Assembly: GCA_964016885.1 (NCBI GenBank)
Contig: OZ024747.1
Coordinates: 54,002,001 to 54,066,000, forward strand
Direction of reading: 5' to 3'
Source of the DNA: Eledone cirrhosa
Lineage: Eukaryota
DNA: 64,000 nucleotides
Of the stretch, positions 25,210 through 37,896 are shown in pieces. Positions within the stretch are counted from its first letter, which is position 1; each line of letters opens with the position of its first letter. Made by a program: the position numbers and the translations under genes. The notes below the pieces were generated by a model, which was not told where the DNA came from, made no database searches, and worked only from the letters and a program-made list of their open reading frames with translations.

Positions 25210-28200
25210 CCACCATCACCATCACGACTACCACCATCACCACTACCACCATCATCACTACCACCATCCCCACTACCACCATCATTACTACCACCATCAA
25301 CATTACCACCATCATCACTACCACCATCCCCACTACCACCATCATCACTACCACCATCCCCACTACCACCATCATTACTACCACCATCAACATTACCACC
25401 ATCATCACTACCACCATCACCACTACCACCATCACCACTACCACCATCACCACTACCACCATCATTACTACCACCATCAACACTACCACCATCATCACTA
25501 CCACCATCACCACTACCACCATCACCACTACCACCATCATTACTACCACCATCATCACTACCACCATCATCACTACCACCATCCCCACTACCACCATCAT
25601 CACTACCACCATCAACATTACCACCATCATCACTACCACCATCCCCACTACCACCATCATCACTACCACCATCCCCACTACCACCATCATCACTACCACC
25701 ATCCCCACTACCACCATTATCACTACTACCATCAACACTACCACCATCCACACTACCACCATCATCACTACAACCATCCCCACTAACACCATTATCACTA
25801 CCACCATCATCACTACCACCATCCCCACTACCACCATCATCACTACCACCATCCCCACTAACACCATTATCACTACCACCATCATCACTACCACCATCCA
25901 CACTACCACCATCATTACTACCACCATCATCACTACCACCATCCCCACTACCACCATCATCACTACCACCATCATCACTACCACCATCATCACTACCACC
26001 ATCCCCACTACAACCATCATCACTACCACCATCATCACTACCACCATCCCCACTACAACCATCATCACTACCACCATCAACACTACCACCACCCCACACC
26101 ACCACACACTACCACCATCATCACTACCCACCACCCCCACTACAACCACCATCACTACCACCATCATCACACCACCACCCCACTACAACCATCATTACTA
26201 CCACCACAACTTACCACCACCCCCACTACCACCACACCACACCACCACTCACTACCACCACACACTACCCACCATCCCCACTACCACCATCAACACTACC
26301 ACCATCCCCACTACAACCATCATTACTACCACCATCAACATTACCACCATCCCCACTACCACCATCATCACTACCACCATCATCACTACCACCATCAACA
26401 CTACAACCATCATTACTACCACCATCAACATTACCACCATCCCCACTACCACCATCATCACTACCACCATCATCACTACCACCATCAACACTACCACCAT
26501 CCCCACTACCACCATCATCACTACCACCATCCCCACTACAACCATCATCACTACCACCATCAACACTACCACCATCCCCACTACAACCATCATCACTACC
26601 ACCATCATCACTACCACCATCATCACTACCACCATCCCCACTACCACCATCCCCACTACCACCATCATCACTACCACCATCATCACTACCACCATCATCA
26701 CTACCATCATCCCCACTACCACCATCATCACTACCACCATCATCACTACCACCATCATTACTACCACCATCATCACTACCACCATCCCCACTACCACCAT
26801 CATCACTACCACCATCAACACTACCACCATCCCCACTACCACCATCATCACTACCACCATCATCACTACCACCATCCACACTACCACCATCATTACTACC
26901 ACCATCATCACTACCACCATCCCCACTACCACCATCATCACTACCACCATCATCACTACCACCATCAACACTACCACCATCCCCACTACCACCATCATCA
27001 CTACCACCATCATCACTACCACCATCCCCACTACCACCATCATCACTACCACCATCAACACTACCACCATCCCCACTACCACCATCATCACTACCACCAT
27101 CATCACTACCACCATCCACACTACCACCATCATCACTACCACCATCAACACTACCACCATCATCACTACCACCATCAACACTACCACCATCCCCACTACC
27201 ACCATCCCCACTACCACCATCATCACTACCACCATCCCCACTACCACCATCATCACTACCACCATCAACATTACCACCATCATCACTACCACCATCCCCA
27301 CTACCACCATCATCACTACCACCATCAACATTACCACCATCACCACTACCACCATCAACACTACCACCATCATCACTACCACCATCCCCACTACCACCAT
27401 CATCACTACCACCATCCCCACTACCACCATCATTACTACCACCATCAACATTACCACCATCCCCACTACCACCATCATCACTACCACCATCATCACTACC
27501 ACCATCCCCACTACCACCATCACCACTACCACCATTACCATTACCACCATCCCCACTACCACAATTACCACTACCACCATCCCCACTACCACCATCATCA
27601 CCACCACCATCCCCACTACCACCATTATCACTACTACCATCAACACTACCACCATCCACACTACCACCATCCCCACTAACACCATTATCACTACCACCAT
27701 CATCACTACCACCATCCCCACTACCACCATCCACACTACCACCATCATCACTACCACCATCAACACTACCACCATCAACACTACCACCATCAACACTACC
27801 ACCATCCCCACTACCACCATCCACACTACCACCATCATCACTACCACCATCAACACTACCACCATCATCACTACCACCATCAACACTACCACCATCATCA
27901 CTACCACCATCATCACTACCACCATCAACACTACCACCATCCCCACTACCACCATCATCACTACCACCATCCCCACTACCACCATCCACACTACCACCAT
28001 CATCACTACCACCATCCACACTACCACCATCATCACTACCACCATCAACACTACCACCATCATCACTACCACCATCAACACTACCACCATCATCACTACC
28101 ACCATCATCACTACCACCATCAACACTACCACCATCCCCACTACCACCATCATCACTACCACCATCCCCACTACCACCATCACCACTACCACCATTACCA

Positions 28201-28250
28201 TTACCACCATCCCCACTACCACCATTACCACTACCACCATTACCACATTC
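25210..28250. repeat. 15-bp minisatellite CTACCACCATC(NN)CA, about 190 units
   Basis: Strict 15-bp period with variants ATCA, CCCA, AACA, CACA, ATTA and ACCA; irregular interruption at ~26090-26275. Confidence 0.95.
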
Positions 28251-28662
28251 ACAATCACCATTACCACCTTCGCGACTGCCACCATTACCACCATCACCAC
28301 TACTACCATCATCACTATCACAATCATCAGTACCAACGTCACTATTACCACCATCATCACCATCAGCAGCAGTACCTGTATTTTTGTATTTCTAACTTCA
28401 TCACTAGTAACACTTCCTCTATTACTATCACCGCTACTTCCACCTGCGTGGCCATCTTTATAATTTTCTCTCTTTTTATCTATCACTCAATTTCCTCCCT
28501 CTCTCTGAATCTATTTAGCTATCTATCTATCTCCATCACTCTCCCTATTTATCTTATCCCCCTCTCTCATTACAAAAGGTTGACTGATGAGAGGGACCGA
28601 CCGTCTGCCATTGTTTTTTTGTTTTTTTTTCATTTCGTTTCTCATGTGCACCCCCTACTTTG

Positions 28663-28896
<234 letters not shown>

Positions 28897-29003
28897 ATCA
28901 GTATATCTACCAACATATGTATACAGATGTATACCCATGCTAGCAAATATATATGTTATGTCTTAGTACGTTTGTGGTTCTATGCAGGGGGATGCAGAAC
29001 AGT

Positions 29004-29256
29004 TATATGAAAGACGTAAAGTAAGAAAATTTTAAAAATTGAAACTTAACATTATTTTTATATGGGTTCCTAGTGTCCGCGCATTGCCTGGGAACTTAGC
29101 TGAGAATAGACACCCTGATGACGTAAGGACTTCTCTATAGTTACATTACGTAACTATATTTATTCCCTTACAGAAACTAAATAGTTGGAGTGAACATTTT
29201 AGTAAGTAAGTTAATTATTAATTTTTAAAATTTTCTTATTTTACGTCTTTCATATA
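29004..29256. mobile_element. Fold-back element with 37-bp inverted arms enclosing a hammerhead-like motif
   Basis: 29004-29040 is the reverse complement of 29220-29256 with 1 mismatch; the right end abuts TA repeats. Confidence 0.75.
29110..29191 (+). ncRNA. Type I hammerhead-like ribozyme with extended stem II
   Basis: ACACC-CTGATGA-C-GTAAGG..(TATAGTTAC/GTAACTATA)..CCTTAC-A-GAAA-CT aaat AG-TT-GGAGT. Triplet GUU; the 10.1-11.1 pair is a C/A mismatch. Confidence 0.55.
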
Positions 29257-29278
29257 TATTAATCTGTTATTTTAATAA

Positions 29279-29319
<41 letters not shown>

Positions 29320-29393
29320 AACGAGTAGGACCCCGACTCAGGGTTAAACCTCCAGCTATTGCTGGTACTCATCTCATTTTCAGCTGAGTAAAC

Positions 29394-29668
29394 TGGCTTA
29401 GTGGTTACAGCATTGGCCTTGCAATCGAAAGGTTGTGGGTTCAGTTCTCGGACGGAGTGATGTGTTGTTTCCTTGAGCAAGACAGTATATTTCACGTTTC
29501 TCTAGTTTACTCAGCTGAAAATGAGTACCAGCAATAGCTGGAGGTTTAACCCTGCGATGGACTGGCGTCCTGTCCAGGGGGTAGTCTTGTACTCTCAGTC
29601 GCTTCACGCCATGAAACCGGGATAAGCACCGGCCAAATGAGCCTTGTGGCTTAAGACAGACTTTAGAC
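29394..29668 (+). mobile_element. tRNA-SINE with CORE-like and V-like domains
   Basis: A box TGGCTTAGTGG, B box GGTTCAGTTCT, CORE-like TGTTTCCTTGAGCAAGACA, V-like CCTGCGATGGACTGGCGTCCTGTCCAGGG, and a LINE-like tail GAAACCGGGATAAGC..AGACTTT. Confidence 0.85.
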
Positions 29669-29669
29669 T

Positions 29670-29730
<61 letters not shown>

Positions 29731-29737
<7 letters not shown>

Positions 29738-30471
29738 ATAACTATGGGGTATTATTCTCCATCGAGTGCTAAGCTGCATTCCGAATCTGCATTCGTTAGC
29801 TTAGCCGCGGCCAAAAACTTCGTTAATGCTGTACTAAAATTTGTATTTTTAACTCCTAGAATTAACGATTAACTGATTAATTTAATTAGACAATTCTATT
29901 GATTGATTATTTGTTTATGTTTGTTTGATAGTTGAGTGCTTAATTCAGTTTGTCTAAGGGAATTTCATTCCTTTGTCCCAAATTTCGAATTGACCGCCAA
30001 AACGAGGGTTACCTCCCTTTGGGAAAACCACGTGTCTATAGCGAACATTACTGCTAGAAAACACACCCGCCGAGGCTATAGAACACAAGACTTGTTGAAG
30101 TAAATCCTTTGTTCTGTCGTCAAAGGCCATTAACTTGCAGACCCATGCAAGCGGAATTTGTCGATCTCGGATTTACAGAAACCTAGCGTGGATGTTGTAT
30201 GTTATATGTAATGTATATTATATGCTATACGTGATGCGTTATGTATTGCATTCGGTGTCCACGTGATGGTCCAGGTCAGTCAAAATCTTTTCCTGAGTTC
30301 AGTTTTTTTCGTTGCTATGGCAATGCGGCTAGACTGTCGGTCGCTATATTTGATTTGCAAAGCCGTCTAAACGTATTGTTATTACTCTGGGGTAAAATTC
30401 TCCATCGAGTGGTAAGCTGCATTCGTTAGCTTGGTCGCAGCCAAAAGCTTCGTTAATGCTGTACTAAAATT

Positions 30472-30475
<4 letters not shown>
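29731..30475. mobile_element. ~745-bp non-coding element with ~100-115 bp terminal direct repeats, embedded in (TA)n
   Basis: 29731-29845 matches 30374-30475 (TATTGTTAT..CTCCATCGAGTG..CTTCGTTAATGCTGTACTAAAATTTGTA); both outer ends run into (TA)n. Confidence 0.75.
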
Positions 30476-30526
<51 letters not shown>

Positions 30527-30668
30527 TCAGGTTTGAGGTTCACCACTGGATAGAGCTGGTCAATTCCGTATGGTCAATCTCAATGTAATAATATGGAGAG
30601 TACTCAACGTAAAGCAGTTCAACCGTCTTTGTTTTTGTAGTTGGTGGTGCTAGTACGGAGTTAAATAT

Positions 30669-30743
30669 TATAATGAAATGACAGGAGGCTGGACTTGTGT
30701 AAACCTTTCAAGGATTTACACAAGTCCAGCCTCCTGTCATTTC

Positions 30744-30749
<6 letters not shown>
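30669..30749. repeat. Perfect 35-bp-arm hairpin abutting (TA)n
   Basis: 30669-30703 is the exact reverse complement of 30715-30749, with an 11-nt loop. Confidence 0.9.
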
Positions 30750-30826
<77 letters not shown>

Positions 30827-31280
30827 AAGCAGACTTGTAAATGAGGATTACCATATTCTAGACACCATATATTTTGGTTCGAGGCCGGAGACTTGGTGTG
30901 TATAGAGATGTAAATATTCACACATTTATTATCTCCAAATTGGAGGTTAATACATAATATAGCAATGTTATACATCCCCATTGTTTTTGTCAGGATTAGT
31001 TGACGTTTCGTGTCCTTGAATAAGACTTAATTTATTTCTCGTTGCTCCAGTCTACAGCTGGATAAAAATGAGTTGCATTAACATTGCTAGCGAACTGTAT
31101 CGTAACTTGTCTTCCACTTCAACAATATTATATGTAGTGTATGCTTATAGTGTGTATAGTGTATATATATAGAGTATATATAGTGTACATATACGTGATG
31201 TAAAAGTCTTGATGACTTGTATCGTCATATGCGTTTCCCTTGAACAATATTATATATAGTGTATACATATAGTGTATAAA

Positions 31281-31319
<39 letters not shown>

Positions 31320-31320
<1 letters not shown>

Positions 31321-31468
31321 GGTTGTGGAACCAACCAACCAACCAGAAATTTATAAATTTGTAGATTTGTAAATTTATAAATTTATAAATATATAATAAA
31401 TTGAAGTGAAAGCAACTGGTGCGTGTGTTTCTTATTGGCAACATGACCCTCCCAAACTATAACAATAT
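31320..31468 (+). mobile_element. 5'-truncated terminal fragment of the 54-kb PLE family
   Basis: AACCAACCAACC..GAAGTGAAAGCAACTGGTGCGTGTGTTTCTTATTGGCAACATGACCCTCCCAAA..ATAACAA(TA)n, matching 54550-54668 and 56025-56162. Confidence 0.85.
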
Positions 31469-31614
31469 ATATATATATATATATGCAAAAGTTCCATTTA
31501 AATTGTTGGGATACAACAAGCAAATATTTTTATAACTGATATAAAGCACTCAACAAGTATTTGGAGTAAACATACGATATTAACAAATGGAAACTATATT
31601 TATAAAACCATATT

Positions 31615-31679
31615 TATTTTATTATACATATTTCAAGGACACCACGTTAAATTATGGTGTGCTTTCATCAGACAAAATA
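31615..31679 (-). ncRNA. Mirror copy of the type I hammerhead at 31839
   Basis: Exact reverse complement within the palindrome. Confidence 0.72.
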
Positions 31680-31838
31680 TAGATCAGATTTATAAATAAA
31701 TATTGACATACCCTTAAAAAATGCAACCATTACTGTTGGAAGCTCCCGGATAGTGGAGCTTCCACTATCCGGGAGCTTCCAACAGTAATGGTTGCATTTT
31801 TTAAGGGTATGTCAATATTTATTTATAAATCTGATCTA

Positions 31839-31903
31839 TATTTTGTCTGATGAAAGCACACCATAATTTAACGTGGTGTCCTTGAAATATGTATAATAAA
31901 ATA
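31839..31903 (+). ncRNA. Type I hammerhead ribozyme, apparently intact core
   Basis: Stem I TATTTTGT/ATAAAATA (8 bp), CTGATGA at 31847-31853, stem II AAG.ACACCA/TGGTGT.CTT, GAAA at 31884-31887, short stem III, AUA triplet with predicted cleavage after 31895. Confidence 0.75.
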
Positions 31904-31942
31904 AATATGGTTTTATAAATATAGTTTCCATTTGTTAATATC

Positions 31943-32018
<76 letters not shown>

Positions 32019-32112
32019 GAATAAATGAACAGAGAACAAAAAAACAGAGGCAGTACAAAGATATGGTTTTTAGTTTCACGCTTGAGAGTGGGGTGGGGTG
32101 GGGGTGGAGGAC

Positions 32113-32140
32113 GACGTTTCGGGCATAAGCCCTTCATCAG
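32113..32140 (-). ncRNA. Minimal PLE-type hammerhead core
   Basis: CTGATGA-A-GGGC ttat GCCC-GAAA-CG-TC; stem I is not recognisable. Same family as 37697, 59511 and 61867. Confidence 0.55.
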
Positions 32141-33119
32141 GAGAACAGTGGGTAGGAAGAGAGTTCCGAGGGCGTGTGGGGAAGTGGTGGAAAGACATTT
32201 ACAAAAAGGAGGGGAGAGAAAAGGGAGGAAAAACAATTTTTAAAGAGTAAAGGAAAATATTTAAAAGTGCAAATAAAAATAAAAATAAAAATAAAAACAA
32301 AAATAAACAAAGGGTGAAAGGGTGAGAGGCCTGTCGGTGTGGTGGTGGGTGGAGGGGGGCTGGAGACGGGAGAGGAAGGCGGGGGTTGGAGTGGGCAGGG
32401 CTGAAGGTTGTGTTTTTTGTATGGGTGTAGGTGTACGTGTGTGTGTGTGTGTATGTGAATGTGAGAGTTGTGGAAGAACAAGTTTCCATGTTCAGGTAAA
32501 AGGGAAACCGATGTGTAAGTCGGTGTGTGCGCGTGTGTGTATGTGTTTGTGTGTGTATGTGTGTGTGTATGTGTGTGTATGATGTGTCAGCCCTGTTGAC
32601 AAGCTGTATCGGGCTTTGCATTTTCCTTGGACATCATATATAGTGTCTATGCAATGTATATATGAATTGTGACAACACTAGTACAAAGAGTAGACAAAGA
32701 AGGGTGTTACATCATTCTTGTTACAATTTATTCCACTATTCCTCTGTCAACATTATATCGAGGGCAGAAAGAGTAACATTACATCATTAATGTCAATATT
32801 TAGACCACCTTTCCTCTGTCAACGCTATGACCATGGCAACTATTATCTGTACAGCAAACATCTATTAATACTACGGTAATAATCCTTCATGAAATAGCAG
32901 CCAAACATTTCACAAATTACACACCACCCTCTTTAAAATAACACGTTACATAATGGATTATGATTTAGGCACAAGGCCAGCAATTTTGAAGGAAGGAAAC
33001 ATCAATTACATCAACCCCAGTATAATATGTTTTAGTACAGTGATGTTTTAGACTCCCATTGAGGACAAAATGCAGTAGAACCTGTGGTCATAGGTCATAT
33101 ATCAGTGTTGCTCTGAGGT

Positions 33120-33590
33120 TAAACAACAACAGCAACTATCAACAATATAACTATCTGCATCATTGCTTCTAATGCCATCACCCAACCCACTACAACCAAC
33201 AACACAATGACAATGACCATGAGCTCAACCACCAGCACCACCATCACTATTATCACCAACAACAACGAAAACACAAACACCAAAACCACCTGCACCACCA
33301 TCACCACCAACAACAAAATCCCAGCACCAGCACCACCAACAAAAATACCACCACGAACACCACCACCAACAACAACAATAGCAACAACAACACCTCCGCC
33401 AACAACACCAATACCAAGACCAAGACCAACACCAAACCAACTCCAGTAGCAACAACACTACCACAGCCAACACCACCACCAACAACAACAATAGCAAAAC
33501 CAACACCACCAACAACAACAACAATACCAATACCAAGACCAACACCAACACCACCACCACCAACAACAACAACACCAACACCACCAACAA

Positions 33591-33622
<32 letters not shown>

Positions 33623-34700
33623 GCAACACCAACACCACCACCAACACCACCAACAACAACACCAACGCCAACATCACCACTAACACCACCAACACCACCA
33701 CCACTAACAACAACAATAATAACAACACCAACACCACCAACACCACCACCGACACCAGTAACAGCACCACCACCACAGCCAACACCACCAACAACAACAA
33801 CAACACCAACACCACCACCGCCAACAACAACAACAATAGCAACACCAACACTACCACCAACACCACCAACACCAACGCCAACATCACCACTAACACCACC
33901 AACACCAACGCCAACATCACCACTAACACCACCAACACCACCACCACCAAGAACAACAATAATAACAACACCAACACCACCAACACCACCACCGACACCA
34001 GTAACAGCACCACCACCACAGCCAACACCACCAACAACAACAACAACACCAACACCACCAACAACAACAACAACAACAATAGCAACACCAACACCACCGC
34101 CACCGACAACATCAATACCAAGAACAACACCAACAACAACACCAACACCACCACCAACACCAGTAAAAGCACCACCACCACAGCCAACACCACCACCAAC
34201 AACAACACCACCACCACCACCATCAACAACACCAATACCGAGAACAACACCAACAACAACACCAACACCACCACCAACACCAGTAACAGCACGACCACCA
34301 CAGCCAACACCACCACCAACAACAACAATACCGACCGCCAACACCACCACAGCCAACACCACCACCAACACCACCGACAACAAAACCAACACCACCACCA
34401 CCACCAACAACAACAATACCAACACCAACACCACCACCAACATCACCAACACCAACGCCAACATCACCACTAACACCACCAACACCACCACCAACAACAA
34501 CAACAATACCAACCGCCAACACCACCACAGCCAACACCACCACCAACACCACCGACAACAAAACCAACGCCAACACCACCACCACCAACACCACCGACAA
34601 CAACACTGACACCATCAACACTAATAACTCCCTCCACCACTACCACCCCACCCATAACACAATCACCAATAACAGCCTACCCACAACACCACCATGACAC
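33120..34700. repeat. (AAC)/(ACC) compound low-complexity tract with internal duplications
   Basis: Directly visible; recurring ACACCAGTAACAGCACCACCACCACAGCCAAC modules. Confidence 0.9.
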
Positions 34701-35280
34701 CACTACACACTACACCAGCCCAGCTACAAGCCACGTACCTCAGCATGTGCATTATAAATGCAGCAAGGTTCAGCATGATTTATGGTGCAGCTTGCGTGGG
34801 TGCTAATGCATCAAAATTATTCATTGAACACGTGGATTGTCAGTAAGGAATTAATATCTGTTTAATTATTGCACTGAAGTTTTCTCCTATTCTTAATGAG
34901 CCCCTCTAGTCATATATATACACACACATATATACACATACACATACGTACATACACACAACACACACACTTACATATATATGCATATACATATACATAC
35001 ATATATATATATATACACACACACATATATATATATATACGCACTCATATGCCCAACACACACATATACACGCACTCATGCACAAGTTATATATATATAT
35101 ATAATATATATATGTATATATAGCAATATATACAAACATGCATAAATATATATCCAAGTTAACGTTAATATATTAATATATTGAATGCATTTAGCATTTA
35201 AAAGCTAACTAGATATAATTATATGTCGGGTAAAAATAATATTAGTCATTCATTAATATTATTTTAAGTAAAGAGATTGG

Positions 35281-35470
35281 AAAGCGGTGGATTGGCAGTA
35301 TCGGTAGAGGGTCGGACTCCATGCTTTGCAGCAAAGAGTTACGGCCCTTTATGGTCTGAGTTCAAATCCCGCCGAGGTTAACTTTGCCTATCATCCTTAC
35401 GGGGTCGATAAAATAAAGTACCAGTAATACACTGGGATAATTGCTGGCCTTGTGCCAAAAGTAGAAACAG
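35281..35470 (+). mobile_element. Nin/Deu-like SINE (young subfamily)
   Basis: Full copy with an 18-bp TSD TTATTTTAAGTAAAGAGA at 35259-35276 and 35471-35488. Confidence 0.93.
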
Positions 35471-35548
35471 TTATTTTAAGTAAAGAGAGCTGAATCCAGC
35501 AATTTCATTTTACCTGTCCAAGCAGTGATTGGACGAAAATGTGTTAGG

Positions 35549-35960
35549 TGTGAAAGCGCATGGTTTAGTAGTTAGGGTGCCCGGCTTATGATCGCAATCA
35601 TATTTGTTCGATTCCCAGCTCTGAGTTCTGTCTTTTAGGTAGATACTATATTTCACTTTACTCCAGTTCACTTGTCGTATGCTATGCCACACTGAAGATT
35701 CCTGAGAAAACTGTCTTTTAGGAAGATACTTTATTTCACATTGCTTCAGTTCACTCAGCTAGAAAAGCCTTGTCGTACGCTGAACCTCCCTGGGAAAAAT
35801 TGCGTATTTTATGAAGATACTTTATTTCACGTTGCTACATTTCACTCAGCTTGTCGTGCGGTATGCCACCATTTTGGGAGCCTCCAAGACAATTGGAGAG
35901 AAAAAGGTGTTCTCAAACTAGAGACCTGGGTCCAATACTTGTGATCGAATGGACTGCTTT
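35549..35960 (+). mobile_element. tRNA-SINE with triplicated CORE-like segment
   Basis: Head GTGAAAGCGCATGGTTTAGTAGTTAG..GTTCGATTCC, followed by three ~85-95 bp units containing AGATACTTTATTTCAC..TTCACTCAGCT..TGTCGT. Confidence 0.7.
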
Positions 35961-36851
35961 AACTGTTGCCAAAGGTCAGGTGATAATGTTAAAACGAGCG
36001 ACAAATTAAATCTATTGTTGAAAACTGAACCTATTATTATAGTTGGGACAACGATATCTACTCAACAACAGCAACAGGAACGACATCAAATCGCCTAAAT
36101 CGTTCCTCTACCACAGCAAGCTCCAAAATATCTTTAAAATGGGGATCACGTATTTGAAAACATGAATTATATTTAAGCGCCTTTAATAATGAAGGGAGCT
36201 AGACAATTATTACTACAGAGGATTACATAGGTTACTTGATCACATATTTCTGTGCAATATGTCTACATAAATAGAGTTAACCAGCGCTTATCCAACAGCA
36301 AACAATAACAAAAACATCAAGAACAACAGAGCAACATTAGCAACAACAAAATCACCAACTACAACCATTTTACAATCAGTGCATGCACTACCAACACCTC
36401 ACTTGCTCCACCTACCATGACAACAATTAAAGTACCCCCACAACCAACACAGTGGCCTTGCCACCACCCGTATCTATTATTATACATGTCACTACTATTA
36501 GAAATTCAGGGCGAACATCAAATAAGACATGACACACTCCTGATATGCCCACACAACTAAATGTTCCTTAATAGAATATCTAAGATGGTCCCCAGATCAA
36601 GCTAACACTTGACATATTTTGTATGTGTGATCTATTGGGTTGTCTCTTTCCACTTACGATCAACGTTAAATGATTGATTGGGTATATCCGTGACAGAGGT
36701 TTCGCTGATCAGGACTCTACTATGGACTTTTTAAACAATAACTATCATCAGCGTGCAGCTTCCATTTTATCTAATTTGGTACTCCAGGGAAAGTTCAAGA
36801 GTTCACAAAACATATGTTGTAGTTTATATGTAAATATCTATCTGCACCCCC

Positions 36852-36882
<31 letters not shown>

Positions 36883-37696
36883 ACTCTCTCTCTCTCTCAA
36901 ACTCTCTCTCTCTCTATATATATATATGTGTAAAAGGTAAACAGATGTGTGTGTATATATATGTATGTATGTATGTGTATGTATGTATATGTCTGTGTGT
37001 GTATGTATGTGTGTGTGCGCGTGCATGTGTGTGTATGTTTGGAGCTAATTATATGTATCTATGTATTGTCTTTGATAGATACATAATAAGAATTAACCCT
37101 GGAAAATCCTAACTAGCCCGGTAGCCAGTATGTCAGACTGATACTGTTTGAGGCGGCTTTAATTGAGGGGAATTAATTCATGCGAAAATAAGATGAGTAT
37201 AGACTATTCTCACTAGCTACATGATCACAGCTTAAATCATTCATAGCGTGACTCTCTTATATTCATTATTCATACTCATTTCGTAACAGCTTTCAAATAT
37301 TCTTATGTTTGTGCTAATTAGCCCAAGCCAATCAGGTCAGTACTATACTCAAACGAAAATTTCGAGCCGATGTGGCTTTTGCATTATATTCAATAGAACA
37401 TATCCAACCGATATTTCCTGCCAAAATTCATATGTGATTTAGTCTACACTCATCTCAGGAGCAAGTGTGTAAATGTCACCGATGAAGGATAAAAATGTAG
37501 AAATAGTTGTCTGGCAATTTAACTGACTACCACAAGAAAGCTGTAACATAATCATAGCTTAAATCATTAATAACACATATACTTTCATATACATACCTAT
37601 TATATATATGTAAATAGGAAAAGGAAACAACAAAGCAAACAACACAGGGCAACGAAGAAATATATTTGTTTAATGCTTCATATGATAAGAATATAG

Positions 37697-37732
37697 TCTT
37701 TACGTTTCTGACAGTAGTCCTTCATCAGAAAA
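37697..37732 (-). ncRNA. Minimal PLE-type hammerhead-like motif
   Basis: TTTT-CTGATGA-A-GGAC tact GTCA-GAAA-CG-TA-AAGA. Confidence 0.5.
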
Positions 37733-37896
37733 TTCAATGGAAAATAAAAGATGGAATAGAATGATAGAGAGAGAAACGCTGAAGTAACTAAAAGAGTGTT
37801 TGGGGAATAACCCTTAATTATAGCACCGGATTTCCGAAAGCCTTATAGATAGCCTTTTGGTGACGGAAACTGCAGAGCACCAACTTATATGGATAT

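Larger units (their letters stand above)
31572..31946. mobile_element. Perfect palindrome, 186-bp arms and 3-nt loop, with a hammerhead in each arm
   Basis: 31572-31757 is the reverse complement of 31761-31946 with no mismatch seen by eye; the right end abuts (TA)n. Confidence 0.9.

Noticed and set aside
25210-28250. CRISPR-like array (constant repeat with variable slot)
   Set aside because: The variable part is only ~2 nt drawn from a small set, the context is eukaryotic and there are no cas genes; it is a minisatellite.
28583-28615. CTGATGAG as a hammerhead core
   Set aside because: There is no downstream GAAA and no stem II.
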